This document shows positions 49,950 through 60,096 of a stretch of DNA of 64,000 nucleotides, one piece after another. The position numbers and the translations under genes were made by a program. The DNA comes from Macrostomum lignano (Eukaryota). The stretch covers positions 124,001-188,000 of the forward strand of contig NIVC01001101.1 in the NCBI GenBank assembly GCA_002269645.1. Direction: 5' to 3'. Every line of letters starts with the position of its first letter. Within the stretch, counting starts at the first letter, position 1. Under the pieces are notes generated by a model that was not told the DNA's origin, made no database searches, and worked only from the letters and a program-made list of their open reading frames with translations.

Positions 49950-52106
49950 GTCTTTGATGTAAAACATATTTCTCCTTGTTGTAAAATGTCAACATCAACT
50001 TTGACTGGACAAACTTTTTCTTTTCGACTTCGAGGTATTGCTTCTGTATGTCAGATAAATCCTCAAATCTAGTTGTTCGTCTTTCAGGAGCCAGTGGATA
50101 TTTACCTGTAGCTTTCTTACACTCCTCTGTATATTCAAGGTCAACTTCAAGAAAACAACCCCTGCCATTAGGAATATTCTTGTGATACTCTAGATCATTT
50201 TCATACTTGAAATCTCCCACAGGAAGATTTTTCATCATTGCTTCACCATATAAATTATTCTTGTCCAAGTATAGCATGTATGACGATTCAGAATTGCTGT
50301 CATAATTTTCTAAATACTTATTGTTCATTTTTTTATATCGATCTCCAAGAACTCCAGAGAAACCACCGCGAATACCACTTTCTACCATGGATATCATATC
50401 TTTATCACCAAGTAATTCCAGCTCAACATTGGTATATTTCAACCCACATGCCCACGATAATCCAGAAAGGGAAAAGCAATACGCAGGATCTATCTTGAAA
50501 TATTTCAAAAATGTTGATCGAAACTTCTCAAAAGCGTTAACAAATGAGTAAATCTTTCTAATTACTGCTGTTGTATCACTGGGTGGCAAATATTTTATTT
50601 CTTCTTCAGAGAGTGTAAATGGTGGTTCCAAAAACCTAGATCCATCTAAAAACACAACGCCACTTGTATAATTCCCCCACTTAATTGCAACATGGTCTTC
50701 GATGTTTTAGAAATGAAATCCAATTTATATGCTGCATTCTTTATTCTTGTTAATGGAACTATCGAATAGTTTAGATCTTTTCCAGATTCATTCAGGAGAA
50801 ACAACGGTACTGTTTGATTCGCCTTGCCCTCTTTGGTATTACATGATTGACATGCTGCACCGCGATATTTACCATTGTAGTGATTATGCTCTCGAATTTT
50901 TTTACTATCTACAAATGGGCTTGTGCAGAGAAAACATTGTTCTGCCGCTTTGCAATCAGTCTCTTCGACATCACTTAAACTTGGATGTTTATATCTATCC
51001 ATTTCATTTTTAATATGCTCAAACTTTTTGATTACGGTTTCAACGAATGATTCCACTGTAGTATTTGAAATAATATCAGACTGTATAATGTCTTCATAAT
51101 CAGAACTAGTAAAAAGTGTCCATTGTGATAGTTCTAGCGATTTATCATCCATAGTTACATAATCCAATATAGCATAAAACACAAATGGCTTTCTCACACT
51201 CATGTGGTAGTTTTTAAACTTTAATATCCTCTTATCAATCTTTGGAACTTCAATTGACACCTTGAAGTCGACACAAAGTGCTTTATGATTATCCAGTGCA
51301 TCTTGGGAGTATTTCACTTGAAGACACTTTCGACAAAGAAAAGCCCTGTTATTGGACGTCAGGAATAAGTTCAGGTCTGTTATTAAACAATAATGATTTT
51401 TGACAAGTAGTAAATCAATAACATCGGGGTTGTCATAATCTTCAGTAAGACGAATTGAATATATGGACTCTTTAGTTTTAATATCTCTCAATCCAAACAC
51501 ATTTATATGGAGGCTGTTCAACTTTTCAATCTCAGAGATATCTCGAATGTCTACTGGAAACGCAACGTCTCCTAAGTTTATTTCATTTATATACTGTGTA
51601 TACTTACCAACTCTATATCTATGTTCCTTCACAGGATGGAGCTTTGCTAAAATAGACCAGAGAAAGCACCTATTGTCTTTAGTATTCTTAACATTTACTA
51701 ATGCGTTTGATTTAATTGGAATTGGAATATAAGTTCCTCCTTTCAACTGATTAATGCCACCAACTTTCAACACAATCTTTACTAACTTAACAAAATAATA
51801 TCCCGATCCCCTTTCATTAAAGCTATCCTTCCATTCATCAAATTCATCCAGAACATCCCCGATTGTACTTTCAATACTAGCTTCAACTTGAAGCAGATTT
51901 AACAAAGTTCGATACTTTGAATGATATTGGAACTCAATCCAACTGTCGGTAGTTCCTTTATAAAATTCTGCGACAAAGGAAATTCTGTATTTTATTGAAT
52001 CTCTAGCCATCAAATATTCGGAAAGAATTGGAGAGATTAAACCGCGAATTTCTTCAACGGAGTCGAGATCAAATTCATAAGAGGCCGCTGGTATTTTCCT
52101 TTCCAT
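49950..52106 (-). pseudogene. Protein-primed DNA polymerase B, with one frameshift near 50675 and C-terminal truncation
   Basis: ERGSGY, DNRCFLWSILA, NHYCLI, CxxC zinc fingers, HNHYNGKYRGAACQSCN, GIRGG and YLDKNNLYG. Motifs B and C are absent after VLHQRL. Confidence 0.88.
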
Positions 52107-52130
52107 TTTTAAGAAAAAAATTATACAATA

Positions 52131-52871
52131 TTAATTGTAGGGAGGTGCACTCGGAGCGTTTGATTGAAGATTGAGTGTTGCCGAGTACTCTTTTGGCTTA
52201 TCAGCTAGACCCATTTTTTCTCTCAGATCTTTCTCCAACAATTCCTTTTTAATTTTTTCCTTCGCTGAATGATCAAGTCTACTCTCTTTGAGGATTTTAT
52301 CAACAACTTCCGAATGGTTAACTTCTTCAGGCGCAACACAGGCGTCTAACAATTGGTCTCTTTTCTCTCTGTATTCTGAATAAATTGCAGTAGCTGCTTG
52401 AACCTCTTCAACAGTTATTCTATAATCATCAACTACTTTTTGGGAGTATATATACAATCTTTCTCTGTATTGATTTGCCAGATCTCTGAGAACAATGTAT
52501 TTTGCCTTCTGCTTTTGGCAATGCATTTTCACAGTTGCAAACAACGACGTGGATTTTACAGCTTCAAAACCACTCATTGCCCCGATTGCTACTCCAATGA
52601 CTAAGGGATTCAATGTCAGTATCGATGATGCTATGCCAATCCCTGTAGCAGTCAAGAGACTTACATTTCCTGTCACAATGTTGATCCAATTTATCCTGCT
52701 ACTTTGTCGTTTGTACTTTTTTACCTTTTTGCTATAAATTGTAAGATCTTTAGTAATACATTCAATACTGCCTTTGATTTCACCCCTTCTCTGATTGAAA
52801 TAGTCCCGCTCCCTCAAATCTGCTTCATGCAGCTCAACCACAGGATAGATGTGTTCATTTTTCTCATTCAT
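52131..52871 (-). CDS. 246-aa membrane-active protein of the adintovirus 'GasderminX'-like type
   Basis: Basic helix, then a central Gly/Ala-rich hydrophobic hairpin (residues ~62-112), then KQKAKY and a helical C-terminus. Intact ORF. Confidence 0.65.
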   Translation of the reverse strand: MNEKNEHIYPVVELHEADLRERDYFNQRRGEIKGSIECITKDLTIYSKKVKKYKRQSSRINWINIVTGNVSLLTATGIGIASSILTLNPLVIGVAIGAMSGFEAVKSTSLFATVKMHCQKQKAKYIVLRDLANQYRERLYIYSQKVVDDYRITVEEVQAATAIYSEYREKRDQLLDACVAPEEVNHSEVVDKILKESRLDHSAKEKIKKELLEKDLREKMGLADKPKEYSATLNLQSNAPSAPPYN

Positions 52872-52873
52872 TT

Positions 52874-54253
52874 TTATGTGGCAATTATGTCTAAAATCGG
52901 ATAAAGTTGAAAGCCTGAAACTATAAGAACAGTTGATCCTTCAGTGGCTGAATTAATATGCACTCTATAAACGGAGAATTTTTCGGTGGAAGCTACTTCG
53001 AAATACTTCATCACTCCAGGAACTAAACCAGCGTTTTCGGTAGAAAAAATATTCTTAAAGTCTCTCTTGTTATTGCTTCCTTTCAGAATAAAACGTTTTG
53101 GTTGATTTTTTATAATTTCACTACCTACTGCTTTGGTTCCTTTCAATCCGAATTTCCAAATTTGAATAGACTCGGGAAGTTGTACTTCAATGTAAGAATT
53201 GGAATCATTCCTCGATGCCCATTCTGAATTAGATACTATATAACCCCAATTATCTGACGTTGCAAATGCTCCAGATGACGCTACATTGAAAACCCTTTCT
53301 CTCTAGTTTTGGTATGTTGCTAGTGAGGGAATATATCCTGTATAAGATTTGAAACCTAGTCCCCGCCTTAGTCGCAGCTCCACTGATTCAAGTACATTGT
53401 CTACGTATAGCTTTGGTACAGCTTGAAGTCTATCTATAGGCCACACTAAATCATTAACCACTGTTTCTCTCTCAAGTAATTCAATTTTTGTAAGCTTTAC
53501 AGAACCAGAAAAATTTAGAGAATAATGGAAATAATATGAGGGATTGGGTATTTGTTTCCTACGATGTGCATTGCTCCTTCGTAGTTCAATGGGTGCACTT
53601 TGTTCAACAGGTGTCCAGTTTGTTCCATTTAGGCTCACACTAACAGACCAACCAGGCCACACCTCTCCTTCCAACTTTATCTCTACAACTTTCCTAGCTC
53701 TTTTCAAAAATTGAAATCGTATCCACTTGTCTGAGTCATCTGCACTGCTCCATTCTGAAGCTGGGTTTGAATCTGCAACATGATATGCTGCTGAAGAGTT
53801 ATGAGAAGCGGTCGATTTCATGTCAGGATGGGAAGTGTTTGAAGTCAGTAATGAAAGAATATTGACTAATTTCGAAGTCTCTGTACCCCCCACAGTACCT
53901 TGCCTTTCTGCTAACAAAGTGTCAATCTCAGTTTTAGAATACATCTTAGTGTCAATTTCGGTTTTAGAATACATCTTAGTGTCAATCTCAGTTTTTGTGT
54001 AGACATTGTTTACGCGCCCATGAGCATCGTCAATTAATTGTAGCATGGTGATATTCATTGCGTCACTATCTTCCTTTGAATAACAGTCTGAAACATTTCT
54101 CTTTGCTAACAATAAACTATCTATTTCCTCTCTCTTATATCCTTCACTTTCATTGATGTAGCGATCATCAGCTAACGCTATTGTTATTCCAGGCGCTATA
54201 TCATTTGAATTTGACGAGTAACCAAATTGATTGGCAGTATTCTTGTAATTCAT
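52874..54253 (-). pseudogene. Fibre/spike-like protein with YSKTEID repeats and two F5/8 type C (discoidin)-like domains; TAG at 53303 and a frameshift near 53230
   Basis: N-terminal ADDRYI motif and three Y(T/S)KTEID repeats. SEWSS...WIRFQF...SLNGTNW and SEWAS...YIEVQLP...FILKGSN mark the two domains. Confidence 0.65.
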
Positions 54254-54681
54254 TTTAATTGCTGCAAAATTTCATTAAAGCTATCTCCTTTATCGATTCG
54301 GTGTAAAAATTACAGCGACATTTGACCACAATATTTCTTATCAAAAGTTTGAATTTGTTCTTCCATGTCTCCACATATTCTATTCTTTGTGTGATTAAAC
54401 TTTTCCATAATTTCCAATGTGGGGGGTAGTGCATAGGAATCAAAATAATAAACCTTATCAGGAGCTGAAAAGATAGCTGAATGATGTATACCCCGTTCTT
54501 TCGAAGTGTGAATATTTGTCATTAAGTAACCATACTGTGGTAAACCAACAATTTCATCTCTCGTGGCATAACGAAATGGTTTTAACTTGAGATATTTTAC
54601 CCAATTTATCAGATAAATATTAGTCGTAGTGTCAGTCCCAAACTTTTGTTTAAATGCGTTCCATGTCTCAGCTTTGCTCAT
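54250..54681 (-). pseudogene. Adenain-like cysteine protease (complete copy) with a premature TAA at 54310-54312
   Basis: GIHH (His), YYFDSY (Asp) and QIQ...YCG (Gln/Cys). The frame continues FLHRIDKGDSFNEILQQLK* after the stop, and its TGA overlaps the fibre ATG. Confidence 0.82.
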
Positions 54682-54875
54682 TTTTACCACTCATATTTGT
54701 CGTACGTGTAGATTTATACATATTTCCTCGCCAAGAAATATTGGGATAGTTTTATGAGAACCAGATAATATCTGCAAGCTAAGCTTGGTCAGCGAATGTT
54801 AGTTTAATTTTAGACTTTTATTGACTCTAAGGGATCTTGTGGTTTTTTTCTTGGTTCACAAAATTTAACATAAAG

Positions 54876-55205
54876 TCAAAGTGAAATTAAAATAAAAAAT
54901 AAAAGTTGTGGAATTATTAGTAATGTACTTGATATTACTATTAATGATATTGCAATTTTTATATTTGATTCATAATTATTTGGTATTCCTATGATATTCA
55001 ATTTTTTAGATAAAAATAAGGCGGGAAAAATAATCATCATAAGTAAGATTAGTAAAATAATAGGAATTATAATATTTTGATAGCTGTTCGTTTCACTTGG
55101 TTGGTTATCATCCGTTACTTTACGCTCTTTGTCTTTATCAAATAAAAGGGGCGCTGCTGCTATAGGATGGGTGCTGTCACAGGTGTTGGCACAATCTGTT
55201 GCCAT
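54876..55205 (-). CDS. 109-aa two-TM membrane protein inserted between duplicated protease segments
   Basis: Intact ORF with two long hydrophobic stretches; starts 1 nt after the stop of the truncated protease. Confidence 0.6.
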   Translation of the reverse strand: MATDCANTCDSTHPIAAAPLLFDKDKERKVTDDNQPSETNSYQNIIIPIILLILLMMIIFPALFLSKKLNIIGIPNNYESNIKIAISLIVISSTLLIIPQLLFFILISL

Positions 55206-55206
55206 T

Positions 55207-55458
55207 TTATAGTTTATTTTTTAAATAAACCTTATCAGGAGCTGAAAAGATAGCTGAATGATGTATACCCCGTTCTTTCGAAGTGTGAATATTTGTCATA
55301 AAGTAACCATACTGTGGTAAATCAACAATTTCATCTCTCATTGCATAACGAAATGGTTTTAACTTGAGATATTTTACCCAGTTTATCAGATCAATATTAG
55401 TCGTAGTGTCAGTCCCAAACTTTTGTTTAAATGCATTCCATGTCTCAGCTTCGTTCAT
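55207..55458 (-). pseudogene. Truncated duplicate of the adenain protease N-terminal half
   Basis: Segment 55224-55510 duplicates 54447-54733. It ends at PDKVY, before the catalytic Asp and Cys. Confidence 0.85.
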
Positions 55459-55467
55459 TTTTAACAC

Positions 55468-56259
55468 TCATATTTGTCGTACGTGTAGATTTATAAATAT
55501 TTCCTCGCCATCAAAGTCGTATAGAACACCAGACTCATCTTCGATGACAAAATCGAATGTGCTCAACATGTTTGTAGTTAGTGGTAGGTACACAGGATTT
55601 GCAGGCTCTTGAATATTTTACTTCCCATTGGGACAGAGAACGATGGAATTGAAAGAAGTATTTGCTTATCAATTAAATGATTTCGATTAGCTGGATCAGT
55701 GATAAAACCCCCCTTGATATTTAGACGACGAACCATGATTGCACTTCTAGCTCCGTCTATCCGAGCTGGATTTGGAGCTCTCTCAAATGGTTTCAAATAC
55801 ACTTCCGAATCGAATCCCAATAGTCTTCTAAAATTATTCGAATGTGCATCCCTGAAATCAACTTGATAATCTGTGGCTAACCGTAACTCAACTCTACGCG
55901 TGCCTAGGCTTGCACTAAAAACAATAGCCCCCTCTTTCCAATCATTTACAGCTGTTAGCAATCTTTGAATCTCGCTTGACAGACTTTTAACTTCCTATGA
56001 ACCTGCTTGAATCTTTATTTTTCTCCATGTTCTACCACTATCCCTCGAGTATCGCAACTCATTATTGCCTCCTTCAATATTGTTAATGGCATCAAATACT
56101 GCAAACTTTTTTATACCAGCTTCGTATTCTTGATCTTCATAAAGATTTTTAGGAGTGCCTAGAGTTTCTCGAAATGAGTTTTTAATTGAAAAGAAGTCAA
56201 ATGTGCGTTGAAAATTTTTACTCAAGAGGATGTTGACTTTTTCTATTTCTTTTTTCCAT
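55468..56259 (-). pseudogene. Minor capsid protein (penton), three lesions
   Basis: Reconstructs as MEKEIEKVNILL...AINNIEGGNNELRYS...GS(Y)EV...LLGFD...QEPANPVYLPL...DFDGEEIFINLHVRQI*. Lesions: an extra A in the run at 56250-55, TAG at 55995 and a frameshift near 55612. Confidence 0.78.
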
Positions 56260-56261
56260 TT

Positions 56262-56993
56262 TTAAGCAAATAATTCTGCTAGCTCTTTATCAACATTGTT
56301 ATGTCCCACTGCCTTAGCTGCTAGTAATGTCAACACTCTTTCACTGAGTCCAGATCCCGGTTTTACTCGATATCCTGGTGGATTATTTTTCAATATCCTT
56401 ACTGCTTGCTTATAATTCCCACTTGATTTGGCCGCTGGATTTTTACAATGTTCAATGAGGTTAACATAATCCTGCAATGTTTGCATCTTGAATTGCTTCA
56501 GCTCTTCACCATTTTCAGTTACTTTAGGCATTTTGAACAACTCTTCAAGATCTTCAGAAAATGGCATTCGGAATTCGTTGACAATGATGTCTCGACCTTG
56601 TTCATGGAATTCAACATCTATTACAGATGATCCAAATATATATCCAGCATCAGTTTTTTGAATTCGTATACTAGGTGCTGGTCTTTGAGTTATTGGAATC
56701 TTTCCAATTTCTTCAATTATTTTGTCAAATACTTCCAGAGGTTCAAATCGTCCTTTTGGTGTACTTGATTGCGGAACTGGAACTTTTTGATTCTGAAGTT
56801 TATCAACAAGGTTGGCATTGACATCAATAAATTCATCAAGCTTTTCTGTGACAGGTTTTTGAGCTAATGGATCCACTCTTGCATATAAACTCTCTTCTCC
56901 AATTTTCAAATAGCGATGAGCATCATTTCTGGATTTGTACATTTCTCGCTGCTTCGCTAAATTAATGAGATCTTTTATATATTCATTAGTCAT
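56262..56993 (-). CDS. 243-aa conserved Polinton-type protein of unknown function
   Basis: Intact ORF between ATPase and penton. The C-terminal GSGLSERVLTLLAAKAVGHNN resembles a motif common in Polinton ORFs. Confidence 0.65.
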   Translation of the reverse strand: MTNEYIKDLINLAKQREMYKSRNDAHRYLKIGEESLYARVDPLAQKPVTEKLDEFIDVNANLVDKLQNQKVPVPQSSTPKGRFEPLEVFDKIIEEIGKIPITQRPAPSIRIQKTDAGYIFGSSVIDVEFHEQGRDIIVNEFRMPFSEDLEELFKMPKVTENGEELKQFKMQTLQDYVNLIEHCKNPAAKSSGNYKQAVRILKNNPPGYRVKPGSGLSERVLTLLAAKAVGHNNVDKELAELFA

Positions 56994-56995
56994 TT

Positions 56996-57767
56996 TTACA
57001 ATGGGATTTTAGTTAGAACATCCTTATACAAATCTTGCTCATCCTCATCAGCTCTTGTATTTATATAGATATAGCCATACTTCTTTTTCCAAGCCTTTCT
57101 ACATTTAGCCTTGAATATAGCGGGTTCATAATTCGTTTCTATATTTCTAGCAATGTGATTCAAGTTTGTATCTTTTTGTTTAAAGATTATGTAGCATGTC
57201 GTATTCTCCCTGACAGTATTGCGATCTAGTTTGGTAAAATTTTGAGCTAGATAAAAACCACAACAGTTTCCATGCCTGCCTCTCTGAAACAGACTTTCCT
57301 GAAATGTTTGATTAGCCTCTCCCAAAACATCGTCCAATATCACATGTCTTTAGTCCATTATGAAAAATTTCTTCATTTGGAGTATGAGAAAGAGTGACAG
57401 GAATTTTTTTGATTTCTTCATTTTTTTCTGATGTGCTTTGCACTCGACCAAGGTCGGCTGCCTCTCGACAAATATGTCTAATATCTTCAGGAGATGCATC
57501 GTCACTCACCTGGTAGACATGATAGAGTGAGTTGATAAGAGAAGGTGGGAGACCATTTTCAAAGCCATGCTTTAGAAACTGATACTCTGGATCCATTTGA
57601 GATGCTCTGGGAACATATAAAGCTAACTCATTAAAGTCCACTAGTTTTTCAGGACTTGTAAGAATATGGAATAGTAAATATGTTTTACCCGTATTTGTAG
57701 CGCCGATAATACAACATAAAAGAGGATTAGGGAAAATAGGATCATGCTGAAATTTTACTTTGGGCAT
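56996..57767 (-). pseudogene. A32/FtsK-like genome-packaging ATPase, one-base frameshift near 57350
   Basis: Walker A GATNTGKT, Walker B VILDD, arginine finger RGRH and AQN. Removing one A from CTAAAGACAT fuses the two ORFs. Confidence 0.88.
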
Positions 57768-57788
57768 TTAAAAAAAGAAAAAATGACC

Positions 57789-59159
57789 TTATTCGACGCG
57801 GCCCATTTGAGGGTGAGGCCCACTGATAACTTGGATTACATTCTTTGTTTGTTCAAGAATTAGTGCAAAAGCTGTCAGCTCAACATTGGTTGACTTCTTG
57901 ATAAATAATTGAATATTCACTCCACTCTTGACAAGAAACTCATCCTGAGCTGTTATATCAAAGCAGAATATTGGATAGATGGTTAGATAGTCTTGTTTAT
58001 TGAATGGTGGAGTTACACCGAAATGGCTGCAGATGCCCTCGTACATTTCACTCGCTTTATGAATGTCTTGAGCTACTGGATCAATATCAACATAATCAGT
58101 TGGATACATCACTTGATTTAATCTGACTTGAAGCTGGGTTATTTTTACTGCATTTGCTCCAGTCTTGTAAGACACATACTTGTGATCATTAACTATATAT
58201 GATGGGTTGTTTACGTCATATTTGAAGGCTACAAAGATTGCAAGTGGCATATTGGAGATGCTGGTTTTGTTCCATGTATATGGGCTTCCTTGAATGAGTT
58301 GTGGCGGAATCGTTACCCTCTCTGGAAATGATACTATAATGCTCTTGTTGAGTGATTCTAGAAAAGCTGCTTCAGCACTGGGTGACAAAGTAATAGCAGG
58401 GATCCAAATCTCAAAGCTATTAATAGTTAACTTAGCTTCGGTCCCGGCAGCTCCAAAGAAAATTTCAGCATCGTTAGTCTTTCTTGTCCATGTAAATTTG
58501 TATTTAATTCCTTTGCTAATTTTCTGCCAATCAAGGAACCCAATGAGGGGTGTTAATGATAGTTTGATTGTTCCACCTCTGTTTGGAGCATTAGTGACAT
58601 TATTATAATTTTCAAGCCTCCTAATGTATCCAGTATTCGAATCCTTCTTATTAAGTCTATTTTTCATAGCGATTGCTGCAGTTCTCACAGCTTCAGCATC
58701 TGCGTTGTTTGCTAGAGGTATATCAGAAACAGTCCCAGCATCCCCAGTGTCTGGAATCCAACCGTATGCTTCTCCGACTTCATTCATCAATTTTGAGTAC
58801 ATTACGGATTTTAAGATTATGTCATACTCTCCAGGTTCATTATAGACTTTCTTTGATCCTCCTATGTCCACAATAAGTTGAGAAAACAGACGCATAGGCC
58901 AATTATGTTCTAGAGTAATGTTCGTATTCAAGTCTGTGTTATCTCGCTGTGTTATCGAGTATCTTATAAAACCGAATGCCTCTGACATGAGAATGTATGC
59001 CTCTGTTGAATTGACTTCATGAACTATTTGACCTCCAGCAACATTGACATTATTACTGCTACCTGCTGTTGGCGAAATCTTAATATAATCTTCTTTCTTT
59101 TTGAAAAAGCTAAAAGTTTTGTCCTCATATAGGTTCAGTATATCCTTTTTGTTTTCCAT
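57789..59159 (-). CDS. Double jelly-roll major capsid protein (456 aa, intact)
   Basis: Size, position and Polinton capsid-like motifs: LFSQLIVDIGG, GWIPD, PLAIFVAF, LQVRLNQVMYP and YPIFCFDITAQ. Confidence 0.85.
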   Translation of the reverse strand: MENKKDILNLYEDKTFSFFKKKEDYIKISPTAGSSNNVNVAGGQIVHEVNSTEAYILMSEAFGFIRYSITQRDNTDLNTNITLEHNWPMRLFSQLIVDIGGSKKVYNEPGEYDIILKSVMYSKLMNEVGEAYGWIPDTGDAGTVSDIPLANNADAEAVRTAAIAMKNRLNKKDSNTGYIRRLENYNNVTNAPNRGGTIKLSLTPLIGFLDWQKISKGIKYKFTWTRKTNDAEIFFGAAGTEAKLTINSFEIWIPAITLSPSAEAAFLESLNKSIIVSFPERVTIPPQLIQGSPYTWNKTSISNMPLAIFVAFKYDVNNPSYIVNDHKYVSYKTGANAVKITQLQVRLNQVMYPTDYVDIDPVAQDIHKASEMYEGICSHFGVTPPFNKQDYLTIYPIFCFDITAQDEFLVKSGVNIQLFIKKSTNVELTAFALILEQTKNVIQVISGPHPQMGRVE

Positions 59160-59179
59160 TTTTATACGAGAAATTTAAA

Positions 59180-59545
59180 CTAAGCTTCATGAGGTCTAAG
59201 AATTATCCCATTACCCTGTTTCTCCTTTTCAACTTTAAAAGTCTTTAGCAGCCACTTAACTGCTTCACTGGGTACTTGTTCGACTCTTTTAGCCGCATCA
59301 ACTAATACACCACTCCCTTGAGCTTTTTTCAATTCTTCTAGTTTTTGTCGTTCAATGCTTTCTAATGTCTTATTATGCTTAGCATTGTTGGCTGTATTAA
59401 CACTTTTTGCAATCATTGTACCAACTCCTGAGGCTGCTCCGATACCACCCAAAATTGCTGGTAGTAAGCCTAATAGAGGAATTATTCCACCTTCATGTTC
59501 TTTCTGTTTGTCTTGCAATTCTCGAATCTTCTCTTTAGAAAGATA
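59180..59545 (-). pseudogene. pX/core-protein-like ORF with a GG-hydrophobic maturation motif, 5'-truncated
   Basis: LSKEKIRELQ...EGG|IIPLLGLLPAILGGIGAASGVG resembles adenovirus pX (GG|ILPLLIP). No ATG upstream; the element breaks at about 59545. Confidence 0.6.
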
Positions 59546-60096
59546 CTAGCAGAACCCCCCGCTTAAAGTGTCCCATCCACGGAAAATTCCAATCTATTGC
59601 AGAACTCCCCCATTAAATTGTCCCATCCGTGAAAAATTCCAATCTATGGGATGCAAATCCTCGGAATCCTAGTCTTACAGTATGTGAGCCAACATAATTT
59701 TAATTGATATTATTAAAATTCGATAACAAATCGCAATAGACAATGCAACGGAAATACTTAAAATAATACTGAAATGCTGTGTAGTGTGACTTTCACATCT
59801 TGTACTTATTTGCAAAAAAATCTATGCGATGGCACAAATCGAATTTACGCGCTGAGTTTATTGATGGAGTTTATTGACTTTGAGGACAGCTCAGCAAGAA
59901 TCAAATTTTACAATAAAAATGACTCACATTCGACGGAGTTGAAAAGCTCTACTTTTCTCTACTACTCTTCTCTGAAAAGCTCTGCAATTTTTAACATATC
60001 ATCTGTAAATTCAGTAAGTCCATGAAATAAATGATATATACTTCTATTACAGTCCTTGACGTCAGTGCGATTTATCGGCGGCTGCTTCACACCGCT

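Larger units (their letters stand above)
49950..59545 (-). mobile_element. Endogenous Polinton/Maverick (adintovirus-like) virus gene block, truncated at both ends
   Basis: Intronless, AT-rich, tightly packed head-to-tail ORFs: major capsid, packaging ATPase, minor capsid, adenain protease and pPolB. No TIRs or integrase remain. Confidence 0.92.

Noticed and set aside
53303-55997. Programmed stop-codon readthrough or alternative genetic code in the viral genes
   Set aside because: The stops are mixed (TAG, TAA) and accompanied by frameshifts, which fits ordinary decay.
49950-59545. Bacteriophage or bacterial contamination; integrase-less virus
   Set aside because: The gene set is Polinton-type, without Shine-Dalgarno motifs, and is embedded among spliced genes. 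The absence of an integrase is uninformative because both ends are deleted.
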